NCBI RefSeq assembly: GCF_964204645.1 | Contig: NC_134032.1 | Span: forward strand, 6,374,275 to 6,438,274 | Direction of reading: 5' to 3' | Length of the DNA: 64,000 bases | DNA from: Tubulanus polymorphus | Taxonomy: Eukaryota; Animalia; Nemertea | In this document: in pieces, positions 1-15,000 of the stretch | How the letters are laid out: each line of letters starts with the position of its first letter | Position numbering within the stretch: position 1 is the first letter of the stretch | Notes under the pieces: model-generated | Told to the model about the DNA's origin: nothing | Databases searched by the model: none | Seen by the model: only the letters and a program-made list of their open reading frames with translations | Made by a program: the position numbers and the translations under genes

Positions 1-531
1 CATATGCCGCAAAATCAGGTTGGTTCTTAAAAGTCATTGGCACGTTAATCATTCCAATTTCTATTTCAGTTAAATCATGGGCTCTAAAACGAAATTAAAA
101 AGAGTCCATGGTTTGATACGATCCCGAAAAGCCATAAAAAGAAGGCATAACAGCTTTCAATAAGCATTACTCCAGTGATCTATGACGTTGTTTGATTCAC
201 TCAACTGCCTAGTTACAATGTTGAAAAAATAGATCTCTACGTTCCATCAACTGTATCATCTCTCATCTATAATTTCTAAAATGGCATCCTTGGATAACTA
301 CATAAACTGAGACGAACCTTATGTGAATGTTGAGGATTGTTATGCACAACGACTGTAGGCCTATAGTACAGCCTCTGCAGTAGAAGCCTAGAGTATAGCC
401 GCGTTCACTTGGGGGCGATTTGGTCTGGCCCAAGATTTCTTCATTACCCAGGGTTTGTGTTGGAGTAAGCTATGGCAGGATGCAACCCTGGCCTGATGTT
501 TTTCTAGGTAAGTGGCCACCTTGTGTTTAAT

Positions 532-3500
532 GCCGCGTTCACACGACAGCTAGTTAAACAGGTCTAAATGGGCACGTACCTGGTCCGGTCTAAATCTAGA
601 CCGGAACAAGTTTTGATGAGTGTTCACACAGCGTTTTGACACGATAAAATCGCTTGTCGCCGGGCCTACAAGATGTCGCCATCTGCTAAATAATTAACTG
701 GGCCTGGATGAAGTCTTGCTTCCAGATTCCAAGTAGAGCAAGACATTCTTCATTTGACCAATTCGACATTTAGACATTTTTGCGAATTCGCTTTTAATGT
801 CGTTTAAACACGATTCAAAACACGGAAGTAAAACAGATGATGATCGCGACACACGAATATGAATATTTGTTACACTCCAAACATTTCCATGGTATAGGGA
901 GGAAAAAGTAGTAGGCCAACTTAAAAATAATTACATAAACGGTAATAAAAGCATTTAAAACTTAAATATAGCTGTAAAGCAGCGATAACGGGTTTTCTGC
1001 TGTCTTAGAATCCTGTTCAACGGTGGATTTTGACAAAGCATTTGATAAGGCACAACATCAGCCATTACTAAACAGTCTATTGGGAACAGTATCAATGATA
1101 GGTCGCCCAAATGGCTCAGCTGTTCTCTGAACGAAAACTTGTAGCCGAAATCAACGGAACGCCTCATCTTGGAAAAAGGCGGTCTAACTAGTGGAGTCAG
1201 GCAAGGTGGTATCACTAAGTCGCCTTCTGTTTAATGTCCTGACAAATAACATACACAGTAATCCAAAATATACCAGACCGAGTAAATTTCCAAAACGACC
1301 ATAACACGCCGTTCGCCAAAAAATGTTCCGACAAAATCATGTCCCAATTGAAAAGAATTCTGTTTGATGGAACAATACGCTTTTTGTTTGAACAAAAACT
1401 TTTCTTCATTCTGACAGAAAATGTGTTCGAATAAAAAGCTATGTCATTGTTGAAATGAAAAACTTTCTGTTCCAGTAAAACAATTTTTTTCGAACGAATG
1501 TTTGAATGAAAACAATTCTGTTCGATTGAACGAAATACTTTATACTTTTGATTCGCAGATAAAACTTTTTACAATATACTTGTTCGAACGAAAAACTTAA
1601 TGTTTTGACAAGAAAATTCTGTTCAAACTAAAACGATTCTGTTCAATCGAACGATTGTTCGAACGAAAAACCTTTCGTTTGGAAAAAAAAAGTTTTTCAA
1701 CTTTGTTCCAATGATTTTTTCAAATTGGTTCAATCGAACAGATTTTTATTAGTTCGAACGAAATAAATTCTGTTCCGACGAAAGAATTTTCAAGCGAAAG
1801 GTCTTTTGAACGAAAAAAAAGATATTTCTGGGGTAACTTTCTGGGGTCTCCGCAGTAACTTAAAGCCGGACGTAGGTCGGCCTTGCGACGCGATGCTATC
1901 ATTGCGTTGCATCGCAAGTTTTGGTGCAAGTCGGTTGCGTTACGATTGTCAGCAACTGTTTGCGACTAGTTTCTGCGAGTCGCAAGAGCGTGTAGGTCGG
2001 TTGTGACAGTCGTGTCGCGTCGCAGAATGTAGAACATGTGCGACTCCTTGTGACTGGCGTTGCTGACAGTCGCCACCCGTCGCAAGGGAACGTAAGTCGA
2101 TGAGTCGTTGCGACACAATCGTCACTGGCGGTTGCAGTGAATGGCGTCGCAGTGAGTCACAAGCCGCCGAAAAACGACCTAAAACGTCATTAGCAATTAA
2201 TGAAATACCAGTTTCATATATCATGAAAAAACTCAAATGAAAAGTCTGGCTTATAAAGCTGTCTGCTCAGACGAAATTTTCAAAAAAAGCTTCACTTTGC
2301 CAATAAAATTGATAATTGTTATTGATCGTTGCTGGTCAGAACCAGTTAATCACTAATTAACATGGATTTTAATAAATCTGATTCCTCCTTTACAGTGAAC
2401 TTAGCTTTAACCTAGTAGAGGCTACTAAGCCTATGTAGGCCTATGTATATGCCTAGGCCAAACATCCGGACAGATTGGTCGTAGGCCTATTGAATAACAA
2501 GTAGGAAATATAGAGTATTGATAAATGGTTGAAGCCTGCGGCCAAATTAAGTAATATATTCTTTTATTTTGATACCTCGTCGACACAACAGCTTTTCTCC
2601 GCTATATCTCTTCGGCGTGTTTAGTTTAGGCCTACGACTCCCCGGTACACCAAAGATATATCTTACTAAATACACGGTTAATTTGGTAAAGAAAAATAGG
2701 TATTGTTAAACTAACTCCTTGAAACCCGCAGCCAAATCACTGGTAGTAATAAATTAATTTGTACTCGATTTGATTCTCATGATGAGGAGAAACTCGCAGC
2801 TGATCCCCGGAACGACGATGAAGAGACATGTCGATTCGTCGATGTTTACGGCTCGACGGTGCTTTCAAGATCTAAAGTAGTCAATTTCCTGTGTATCGGT
2901 AATATGATTTGATGAGGAAAAAGGGCTATTGTTAAAATTAGTTTTTAAAAACCGCGACTGAATGTGAAATCTTTGGGTAATAAATTTGTTAATTTATGCT
3001 TGAATTGATAATCGACGTGACAAGAAACATGCGGTAGATTTCGGAAAGACGACTCTATGAATGGGGCTCAATTTTCGATGTTTACGGCCCGACAGTGCTT
3101 TTGTAACGATGATTCGTGAAAAAACACGCAATGTATTTGTAGATCTCAGTGAGCTGAACGATACCATACGCATTGTATCGACAACAGCAGCAAGGTTACA
3201 AAGCCTTTGTTTTTTAGTGAAAATAGTGTGACATAAAATAATAATAATAAGAAACACGCGAATCTCAATAGGGTTTTCTGTGATGTAACAGAAAACCCTG
3301 ATATACTGGACTCACAGAGGTCGCGATATCTACCACAGAGATTCAGAAAACGGGCTATCAACAAATTCAAGTTCTGGAATTACTCGTTTGATGGCGCTAG
3401 TCAGAACCGGAAATTGGAACCTAAATCCGCCATGTTTCAGTTCATTTGCAATAAAAATCTCTCGCTTCAAGTTTTTAATGAGCGTTTTTTTTACTATGTA

Positions 3501-4302
3501 TCATCATGACTAATCCTTGAAATATGATATCCTACTGCTACGTTTGATACGATAAAACCTCACTACAAAGGCTAAAAATCACTATAAATGTCCTAATATT
3601 ATCAAAAAACTTTTTGCGAGAGCTGACGATGTTAAGACTGGTTGCCAGGTATCACATGGTGGCAGCATGTCGGTTTGAGTCCTGGTACTTTTCATTCTTT
3701 TCTTATGGATCTACGATTGTATTCCTAAAATCAATTTCAATTCTTAATATCATTTTATATTTATCAGTGTAGCCAGCAATTAATTCATCTTAGAGTCTTA
3801 AACTCAGCAACAAAGTGATGACACCAGGCACCAGTCTTTACTTCCGTTAGCTGCTTCGAGTGTTATCGCTAAATTTGTGATTCTTGGTAATTTTTTTACA
3901 TTTTTGGTGATCTTTAGCATTTGAAATGAGGTTTTATTGAATCCAACACATTGTCAGGATATCATATTTAAGGATTACGCGTGATGATGTATAGTAAGTA
4001 AAATATTGCTAAATGAACTAGAACATGGCAGATTTAGGTTCCAATTTCCGGTTGTGACTAGCGCCATCAAACAAGTAATTCCAGAACTCGAATTTGTCGA
4101 TATCCCGTATTACGGTTTAGACCGGACCTGGTACCAGTTTCTGTCCACACACATAGATTAAGACTGATCCTGAATTTTGACCGGGCCTGGTTCGCTCTTT
4201 TAGACCGGTCTAAACTAGACAGGTCTAATTTGTAATGGTATTTTTTCAAAATTGGACCAGACCAAATTAAAACCAGTCCAAATTCCGTAGTGTGAACGCG
4301 CC
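532..4302. mobile_element. Non-autonomous TIR element (Harbinger-like) with nested insertions
   Basis: GCCGCGTTCACACGAC versus GTAGTGTGAACGCGCC. Both ends share subterminal GGTCTAAA/TAGACCGG motifs. Confidence 0.5.
3351..4107. mobile_element. MITE with ~95-bp TIRs
   Basis: GGGCTATCAACAAATTCAAGTTCTGGAATTAC...GCCATG is inverted at ~4010-4107. Confidence 0.8.
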
Positions 4303-7300
4303 ATAGGAGATATTTGAATAATAGAGTGACATCCATATAGGCCTATTTCGTATTTTCATGAATACAGGTGCACCGTTTAAAATGCTGGTTTCCACTAAAA
4401 GTCAAGGCATCAGTTTGACATACACGTGATTAACGCCTAGTTTAAAAGCTTTTCTTTTTCCAGTTCATTTCTCCGAAACATTTACGCTCTACGACTTAAA
4501 AACTTTCGACATCATACAAACGTCTGGAAGACAGATTATTTTCAGGAAGTTATTAGCGGAGGAATTTTTCACGAACCTCGACAACACGTCAGTGCAGAGC
4601 TTGGTTCTGACGGAAAAACATTTCAATGGGTTCAAAGCTAAAAGGTTCTCAACAGCGATTGCTCATCCAAAATTCAACGCCGCTTTGAATCCATTTTCAA
4701 GGCAATTTCAACTGTGAAATATAATGAATTCTGAAGGACAGGGTTCCACGGTTCCTAAACTAAACAATCTACGAAATTCCCAAATTTCTTTAAGTTGACC
4801 TTTCTTATAAATTTTCGATACCCGCAACTTAACTTCAAAATTCTTCAACCTTCCAGACTTCAAGAGAATTTCGACTCCAATGCAAGAAGTTCGCCAGAGC
4901 CAAGAAAATGACTGAATCGATACAGACTACTTCAAAGTGGAGCTTGATTAATGTACAGATTCAGGCCCCATAGCTAGCCCTATCCATGTGGGGGATGAGA
5001 TTTCATTTCTATGAAAGCGGAACTTTTATGAGGTACACACGCAATGGCACAATTACCGATATATTCCGGAAGATGACTATTAGGATATATTCAAAACTTC
5101 GAATAAAAGAGCTCAACGATACATTTAAGACGCTTTTTATTCAGTGTACAGGGATTTTCTACTATCTTCACAACATGGACTCAAGAGTGATTCATCAATG
5201 GTTATAATGAGGACGACATTCAGTATTCGTGAAGATTACTTTTGGAGTCGACACGTTGAATCAACTATTAGCCCTAGGAATCATTTCAGACTCATTTTTC
5301 TTTCATAGTGTAGGATTTTCTGTATCATAGTAGACCTAATTTTTAAATAGTTTTATGACTATTTTTAGTTTATAACGCAGACAACTCAAGAGCGTGTTTC
5401 ATCAAGATTATTCACATTTCACTTTTTACTCGAAATATTTCATACAGTGAGATCTGACTGACTGGTATTACAGGTAGGCTACCTGCAGTTCGGTATGAGG
5501 CTTTACCCCACTGAGGTTTCCAATAACCTGATCAGTATCATCAATCAGTAAAACGTCAATCTTTTAGGTAATCATGTCAGCGCTTTACTTCAACATCCAC
5601 AGGGATCAGTGCTAACAAGCTTAAATCAGACCCCAGCTGTGAAACTTCACTAACACCAATTTGTAACTGTAGCAAATAAGCCTTACGGAAATAGGCTTGA
5701 ACATTTTAATGTCCGGATTAGACAAAAAGTAACTAAAGAAATTCTAAAACACGATTATTCTAAAGAAGAAAAGATTAAGAAAGGCCTGAAGGTCTATAAA
5801 AGAACAGGGGAAAATGAAAATAGAAAATGCTTCATTCTTCGAGTATTCTCGCAGAGTCTCAGTAAGACTATAGATAAGCTGAAACAGGGAAGCTTTATTT
5901 CCCTATTCCAACGACAATGAAAAGTGAAAATTGCTCTCTCTTAATTACAATGACAATGATAGAAACGAATGAAAATAACTTTTTTAAACGAATAGCTCAA
6001 AAATTAAGACGAAAATTTCAAGAGAAAGGGCATTCTTTGTTTGTAAACCAAAGTATGGAAAATGAAAAAATTTGGCAGAATTCAGTGAGCACGACCCTTA
6101 CATCAAGTAATCTCAAAAACAAGTGATTTTAAAGACAAAAGGCCTGACTTATCTTTATAACCAAGGAACACTTTTCTGGCGTGATTTTCACCTTTGAGTG
6201 CACATGAAATTTGAGTCAAATTCAACACAGAACTCATAAAACATGCTAAAACAGGGTAAAGCCAATGTGTAAACCATGACACATGCTTTCAAAACTCCTA
6301 CTAGTAAGCCCATTTGTAAATAGGCTATAGCACAGTAAAGTATGAATCTAAATGAAAAAGGGATCGTTTTTCATTTGAGTCAGGTTATATTCAATTTGTG
6401 AAGCATTCACGCCAACGTTGGATCCAGACCACAGAGCAAGTAGTACGGTCGAGATAACGTTGTTCTTTCATCGGTCTCAAAAATGTCTCTAGAATTTGAA
6501 GCACATTTAAAAGCGTTTCCAATAAGTAAATCTTAAGGAAACAGAATTCTGTACTATGGTCAGAAGTCACCCTGGTCCACCCCGATGAATGGTGCATTAC
6601 CAACACTGGGCATTTTTACCATTCTTAAAACCCTGCCACGAGTTGCACAGGCAAGACTTGAGTGGCTGGTATTATAGGCTGGTCCAACGTTTTTAGATTG
6701 GTTATAGAACTTAAAGGTGATCTTAGACTATAGTTATCAAACTGGCTGTAGGATAGGCTACAATTTAAGACGGATCTAAATCTAAGCAATGACATTGCTG
6801 CAACTGACCCCAATGAATTCATCAACAAAGACAGCAGGGCAGACCAAAGTCCTGAATTGACATTTATAAGGGCATTCTTGATCGATGAAAAGCCATTTAG
6901 AAGTCAGCATTCTTGAATAGGCTAGATGTATTTGATAACATTTCCAAGTCGAAAACTTATCCTATCAACAATGTGACCGAAGTTTAGGCCTATAGGATTC
7001 CAAACAATAAGACCTAAGTTAAAGAGTTTATTCAGAAAAGGGGAACTGAAAACATTTGAAGGTATTGTACATGACTCCTAGATCCACGCCTGCAACAATT
7101 GAAAACCATTTCCGATGGAAAAACAATTTTCGTATTTTTTCTTCCCCTGTTTTTCTTGGGAACACAAAAAAATGTGCATGACTTTTTATATGTATATGTA
7201 TATCTGATTACGCAAAAGGCTTTAATAGAATTATACTTTGTCAATAAAGAATTTCACCTGCAGACTTTAAGGGCTCTTCAGACGTCATCCTGAAGTACCA

Positions 7301-7619
7301 ACTCAAACCCGATCCTATAGTACTGAAATGCTCAACCTAAAAGCGGAAAGCATTTTAAAGGTTCCGACAGTGGTTCAATACTTCAGAGCCTTTTTACCGA
7401 AAAAATAAGACATTTAATTTGAAATTGCACTTCAAAATTTTCAGGTGAAGAAAACTTACATGCAAAAGATTATAAAGAAGGTCCCTCGGGTTTCTGGTGC
7501 GAACTTGAACAAAAATATGACTGAAATTTCTGAGAATGATGAAAAAGTTAAATGTTATACAAAGTAGGGACACCTTTTGTGGCCAGATTCACGAAAAAGA
7601 ATACCTTGAGCTTTATAGA

Positions 7620-7915
7620 CTGGTATTAACTTGATATCGAGGTTGTTTCTTATTAAGAGGTTTCTTGTGTCACTTCTCACCACCAAGAACAAGGTGCCAA
7701 AAATTCAAATTCTGTGAATGAGACTCTTGTCAAGATGTTAGTTGCGCCACTAGTCAACAGTAACAACAAGACACCAAAACTTCAAATTCCCTGATTAAAT
7801 TGTAAGATATCATCAGTGGGGGTTGTTTCTTTTCAAGAGGTTGCTTCTGCCACTTGTCACCAGCACGAACAAGACACCACAGGTTCCAATTTTCCTGATT
7901 TCCCTTGATCTGTAA
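7620..7915. repeat. Dispersed repeat with internal subunits; second copy at ~49820-50070
   Basis: GTTTCTT.TCAAGAGGTT..CACCAG..AACAAGACACCAAAA.TTCAAATTCCC in both places. Confidence 0.7.
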
Positions 7916-10900
7916 GAACTCAGTTGACTTTTACATCAACACCTATACCCATGAAAAACATCACAATAAACTATATAGGACTATTATTAACATGAGGAAA
8001 ACGACCAAAAAAATGTAGAAAATAACAACAATGATCTTCAACCTTATAGAATAATTTACTTTCAAAATCGTGATGTATTAAATTAGGCAGCCAACAAAAT
8101 TTTCCCCAATCAGTCACCTCCCGGATCAGGCTGGTTGGAAGATTGTTTGAGTGAACCGGAACCGTAATTTCAAATTATGTACTTCGATTCAATAAAAAAA
8201 TGCTATAATTTCTTCCGCCGATGACGCAACTATATCTGTACTTCGACTTCTGATTTCGACTTCTGACAACAAACAAGTCAAATCAAACGAAATCTACTAA
8301 CTGAATAAAAAATAGGGTCAATCCCTACTTTAAGATCAAGAACTCAACACATTTTTAAGCAACTTTCGCAATTTTTCCAAATGTTTCACATCAATCTGAT
8401 TCTGAGCATGTTCTTCAGTTATTGAGCAGAGCCCCTTAGACATAGAAGCATCAACTCTAAAAGGGCGGTCAGCATTAATCCCCACACTACCCACCAAACC
8501 TGCATTGTAGGGCTTAATAATAATATGAACACTGGTTAGATTGGTCTTGATTGCCACTCAGAATTGAATACATCTATAACAGCTGGTCAGCGAATAAGAT
8601 GATTATTAAAGCAATCTGCTGAATGCAATTTTCCGAGCGGCAGATTTATGACAAAATTGATGACAACAGACCATGAAAAACTAACCACAGACGCCACTAG
8701 CAATATTTCTGATAACGCATCATGATTAATTCAATCATGATTTTTTAATGTAAAACGCAGGGTACGTATCGATGAGCACACATGGAGTTCCTTGATTATC
8801 AGTGATCTAAATCTCCAACTTCCCTGATCCACACTCGACAATAACTGAATGATTGTACTTAAGAAGAACATTTTCAGTGGTGTGGGCATTTGGTTATCGG
8901 TTGTAACTAACATAGTTCGAGGTTGCATCTACGCTGCAACAGTGAGACCTATTCTTTGGTAAGATGCCCAATTTAGGGTGGTTCGGGTGACCTCCCCAGG
9001 AAAATTTTGAAGAAAATTCTTATTTTCTAAGACCCGCACTTATGCTACAATATAGGCCTAACCACTATTGTCGGAAATGATAAATTCTACGAAGTTAATC
9101 TTTAGAAATATTGTGTTCTCGCGAATGATAAGATATGGATTGCTTGAGTTTGAAGTGGCTGAATAGACTAAGACAAACACCACTATCACAGTCAATAAAT
9201 TGTACGTACTTAAAATCCTCAAGTCAACACTAAGAGTAGTAATAATATAACAATAAGCACAATCGCCCAGCTCGAAGAACTACCGGTACTATTTAAAGCG
9301 GCCTTCAATAGTTTCATGTACATTGATTGACGATTAGGCTACTTTGAGTTCATTTTTACACGCATGCTTACGATAAAATCATTAAAATATGGAGGGTGCA
9401 TTTATCGCATAAAAAACAGCAATGAAAGATGCAATTTCCCACTGAGAGGATCAGTGTCAAATTTTTGTTATTTTTGTTTTTTCATATTTCCTGACTTGAC
9501 AAAGGGGCAGCAATCTCAATTGAAAGGCTGGGGTCAGGACAAATGAAAATATCCCCTCAGATCAACAACCACCATATTTTTATATGTGAGGCCATGAGCG
9601 CAGCAATTCCAGCCAATGACAGACCGCATATACATAGTACGAATTATGACCCCTGTGTCATTAGTAATCAGTCATTAACTTTCAAATTCAAGCAGTTCGA
9701 AACGTAAACCAAACCTACAGCATAGCAAATGAATGGACCGGGATCTAGAAATGAAATTGGTAGGATTATGGTGTGAGCTGCCGATATGATGTGATCTTAT
9801 ATCTTCTTATATGATGTCGCTAGCAGATTGTATTCAAAAAAGAATCAGAAAGATAAAGATCTTTAAGAAATAGCTTTTCTACTAGAAATATATTTTCCTA
9901 TGATTCAAATCTATTCTCAAAATGCTTATCACGTGACCATTTGAGCAATTGCAGTTGCTAATAATCGTAACCGACATAAGCATGGAAGCAACTTGGCGGA
10001 TCTTGTATCCCGCTAGTCGGCCTCAGTTGCTGGGAATCGGAGCACAGTCAACATAAGCTGGACTGCGAACGCATTAACCCATTAGGCTATTTGAAATCTC
10101 CCTGATGACGACGATTAGGTTGAATAAACCACTAGCTCAAAGGAAACATTTCCCACTCCATTTTTTCCTTTCCTTAGTGTGGGATCGTGACAGCACGGAC
10201 TCGGAGAGTTTTTCATCAATGGTTTCTAAAAAGCATGCTTTTATTACAAACCCAGACTGCCGACGAAAAAGACAACTGGCAGAATACCACAACGCAGAAT
10301 TCTTCAACTCAACCAGACAAACGTCTGCGATATTTTCATTCATGAACTCACGTCTACCAAACATTACCAAATCATAACACCGACAATAAGGGAACAATAA
10401 GTGTTTACATTTCCTCGTAATCAACCTGTTATTAAAGTATGCATGAGTCGCGGCCCTAGTCGTTATAGGCAATAGAATTAACGTCGCCTTACTCCAACAT
10501 GGCCGATTTTTTACTGTGGCTAACTTTGACAACAACTATAAATCATTTTTCTGACTTCCTAACATATTTTCCGACTCCTAAGCTCACCTCGGGCCAATTT
10601 GCCACCGGTCCGAGTTAAGCAACCTTTACTGTAGGCCTATAGGCCTAATCAGAAATACAACACGTGATAAAGAGGATTAGTATTTTCTATGTAATGCCGA
10701 TTCAGTGACATACAGAGTGCCTCATGTGGGGAACACAGAAAAACTAGCGGCAGTAACAATTTGAAACAAACATTCTTAATGACGCAACATTTCCTTAGAG
10801 AGCTTTTGGGTGGGGGTTGAAAATATACCTTCAGTATGAAAACGGATAGACATAGTGGCATTCCTATGTTTGTGCTAAAAAGTAATTTGTTTCAGAAGTG

Positions 10901-11701
10901 TCAACATCGATGACCCAAAAAATCTAATCAATATTTTTCTCTATTGCCTAATTTATGAAAACAATTACCATACATAATTACGTCGGTCTATAGACAGGTA
11001 CACAGCCTAGATACTACAACACCCCTCCGGCGCTGACCATGACATAAATTATGAAATATGATTGAGAAATCTGATTGAATTTGAAATTTGCCAAAACTGA
11101 CTATAGGCCTACAAATTATACAAATTCCGACTAAAAAATAGAGATGACTTACAGTAATGTGATGATTCCCAAATGACAGCTTGTATATTTAGTAAATTGA
11201 ATTACAAGTTGTGACTCAAAATTAAAGATGACTTCAGTCAACTTGGGCCTAGACCTATACAAATAACTGATGACTTACACTTAGGCCTACGTCGTAAATT
11301 TAACTGCATACGAATTGGGACTCAAAGATTAGAAGGCCTCATGGAGTTTGACTTGGAGGCTGATTTATTTGCAATAAGCGAGCTGTGCAGCCGGTGTAGA
11401 TGACTTGTCAATCATCCAAACACAAAAATACAATTTTCACAAAGATTAATAGATCTTCAGTTGCCCGGTAGGTCGTCCGGAGAAAGACTGGAAATAATTT
11501 TTACCCCCCACAGAAACTGATTCTGAATGACAACAAGTAGGCCTATTCAACGGTCTATTGACGGCAAAACAAAATAACCATTTTCAAAATACCATATCTG
11601 ACATTTCCAAATGATAGGAGGTCTTCCATGCAGAGGTATGCAGCCTTTGAAATAGACCTAATGACTCACAAAATATTGTCACCAATCAACAAAGCTATCT
11701 T

Positions 11702-12098
11702 CAGGGTTTCAAGTGGTAAGGCCAGGGTAAAAAGAAGTACTAAGAAGGACTTTTCGGCAATTTAAGTCCCAAGAGAGGGACCTTTGGACTCGGAAAGAAG
11801 TTCTTTCCAGTAAAGTGAGGGCCCTTTTTGCAATGCCTTCAGCGGAATACTAATAGTCATGTAGACCAGTCATACATTTTCTTGTTATTCAATCTCACTG
11901 ACAATTAACATGCCTGAGTAATAAAATACTTCAACAGTTGAATTCGCGACAAAATTGCGTGCAAAAGATTAAATTTGGAAGGACTTTTATCAAAAGCAAG
12001 AACTTAGAATCAAAAAGAAGGACAAAAATATGGTGTCTGTCCAAACTTCTTCCAAAAGAAGGACAAAGAAGGACTTGGAAGGACCGCTGGAAACCCTG
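11702..12098. mobile_element. MITE with CAGGGTTTC TIRs and 6-bp TSD TATCTT
   Basis: CAGGGTTTCAAGTGGT...ACCGCTGGAAACCCTG with TATCTT on both sides; internal AGAAGGAC repeats. Confidence 0.75.
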
Positions 12099-15000
12099 TA
12101 TCTTGTCACTTGGTAAAAGTTTTTAAAAACCCTTAGGGCCTACTGGATTCAGATCCACAGTTCTAGATTCAGTTCTACTAGTTTCAGAATCTAGTCCAAC
12201 AGTACTGGACCAAGATCCTCAGTTCATTCATCGGTTCTTGACCCAGTTCCACAATTCTGGACCAAGTCAGGGGCCGATCCGGGAAAATTGGAAGATCCAA
12301 GGTACAGAAAGGAAAAGGCATTTCTTGGATAAAGCGGTAATGTCGAAGGCCACTAGCAGGCCACCCTCAGTGTTAAGATATTTTTGTAAAATACATCCTA
12401 AAAGTTTAAAAGATACAGATTCTGAGAGTATTAGTGTCAAACTTGCTGATTTTAAGCTTGCCAACCTGACTTTACGAACAGGGCAACCTCAGTGGGAAAG
12501 CAGGGGTCCGGACCCCTGAGACCACCCAAAAAATCTGCCCCTGCCCAGTTCCACACTTCTGGAACACTTAGGCTTAGTCTTTACTGAGCTAGGCGACCTG
12601 ATGTCCTCTCGACTCAAGTGAAGTTGAAATAGACATAGGCCTATAGGTCTACGGTAATCTAATTGCTCAAAATTCCCAGAATTTAAGTTCCAGGGGTTAT
12701 ATTCGAGCTCAGGCTATATTATACCACAGGGGCTGGTAAACTAGCTTGGATTTTTATTTCCGGGTTGATGATATCTCGCGAGAATGGCTCTAAATTTAAA
12801 TTGCAAATTAATTTGAAATATCACAGCAATATCTTGCATTGATTGTTTATTTATCCACTAGGCCTATCAAGTTCCGATAAACAATTGGTCGTTAAGGATC
12901 ATTATCAGGCGGTCACAAGGCCTTACTATATAAAAATAACAAGGGATAAAATGGCCTCGCTGTTTGCTGTTGACCATATTTCAATTTCAATTTATTGTAA
13001 GGGTTAAATTAAATTAAAGAAAGGGTTAAATTATTTTTGTTTTGCGATTTTTTGTTGTTTTTCATTCATTAATTTAACAACATCGTTATTGAAATTGTAC
13101 TCACAATTCTTCAATCAAATCAACACACATCATTTGCTTAAAAACTAAGTTTAATTACGCGCGTAGGCCTATAGACACTAATCATCATCCTTCACGATTC
13201 ATGAATAAATCAACACACACATCACTTTAGAAATATATAGATAAGATTATTTACACGATAATGAGAATAGGCCTAAGAAACTCACTAAGTTATAAAATAA
13301 AGCCCGCAGGATTGCAGCCGCATTTTTGTGCGGCCATGGCTGCATTTCATACCAGTGGCCTTGGCCAGCTTTCATACCCTACCTATAAACAATACATAGG
13401 CCTAGGCCTATAGGCCTAGAGTTGTTTTTTTGTTGTGTTGGGGCCCGCGACTATATAGTCTAGTACCTAGCCATTGTTCCTCAAACAATCCTCTAGGGCC
13501 AAAGAGCACATGTAAGGTATTTTGGTCCCTCATTTTGAGGGACGAGGCTATGAGCGTCTACTTCACCCCTTAAAACACTCAACTTACCTCAAACTGACTG
13601 TTCTGTATTCAGATGGAAGTTAACTTTTGTTTGAGCATAAATTTGTAATCCTAAGCTTTTGACGATCATAGTAGGCCTAACTCAAAACTTTTAGACTAGT
13701 CGCCTCAAAAGATAGTTAGTTGAAGTGAAGCAACAAAACAAATATGGCGGCTTTTCGTGTTGCACGATGGCAGGGTAAATTACAGATTCGGACTTTAACT
13801 TGGACTGACATTGATGCTAATGCAGATATTATCCTTGCTTCAAATTCTTAAGGTAGGCCTAGAATTCGCCAAAATCAATGCATTTTATCAACTAAAAATG
13901 ACATTTAAAGTAATTTTAGAGAGACAAATTGAATTTTTACATTTTATTAATCTAGTCCGTATTGGAAATCCCGATTGTGACAATCAATTCAAATCAAATC
14001 AATAAATTCTCTGGTTCCCGATTTAAATCATCAAAAATAATAGGGCTATAATAAAACATGTTTTCAAAGTCAACAAGGTAACTGATTAATTTATTTGAGT
14101 ACAAAGGTTTGATTTGACACTGAAATCAGTTGTTACATTGCAAAAAACAGGAGATAACCTCTTGACAATTTGGCGTCTGACGTTGAAGGAACCGTCGTAA
14201 CAAGGACTGGTATTCAGACTAGCGACTATACTACTTTACCGGTACACTTCGTCCTCACAAACTGACTCTTCGTCATGATTGTCATGTGTGTAGCGTTTAA
14301 CTACACAAATTCGGTCATAGGCCTACTTAGTTAGTTACCTAATCGTTGGTGGTAAGCTTTTTATAATCGGATGAGCTTATACCAACATAAAGGGATGACA
14401 AGGGCCAAAACACGGTTGAAAAAAGTAACACTTCAAAAATATACTTTATATTCACTTCAGTCCACAATTAATGGCTTAATTCACAAACTAACACAGGTAC
14501 CTTTCGAAATAATCCAATTTTATGTATGTTTCGAGTGATTAATTAACATAATTTTGAGAAATTAATTAATTTCTCCACAAATTTCGCCATTGGCCGCCAT
14601 TTCTCTGTATTGCACATGTGGCATGAAAAGACAAGGGGACCTACAAGGATTTATATAAAACTCCAAGACGAAACGACAATTTTAATTATTGATGGTTTTC
14701 CAACTTATATTTCAAAACTTCGTGTTTTCTATAATAAATAATGAAATAATAAATTCTGGAAAAAGAAAAATGTGAATAAGTGTTGATTTCTTAATTTTTT
14801 TCAATTTCGTTGTTTCGCCTCGTTAGTTTGTGCTGTTGTCCTGGCCTCAGTCCACAGGTGCCAGCACCTCCAGTAATTTTCAAAATGGCAGCTGTTGACT
14901 CGACGGAAATTAACTCTCACTTTACGGCCGATTTGCACATGGATTAAGATCGTCAGGTGAGGTGTTATAGGTATCAGACAAACTACGAATCTGTTGTGCG

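Noticed and set aside
955-12519. Short 60-130 aa ORFs in the left host region
   Set aside because: No recognisable domains, many lie in MITEs, and I could not build a consistent exon chain. A gene or decayed transposon here cannot be excluded.
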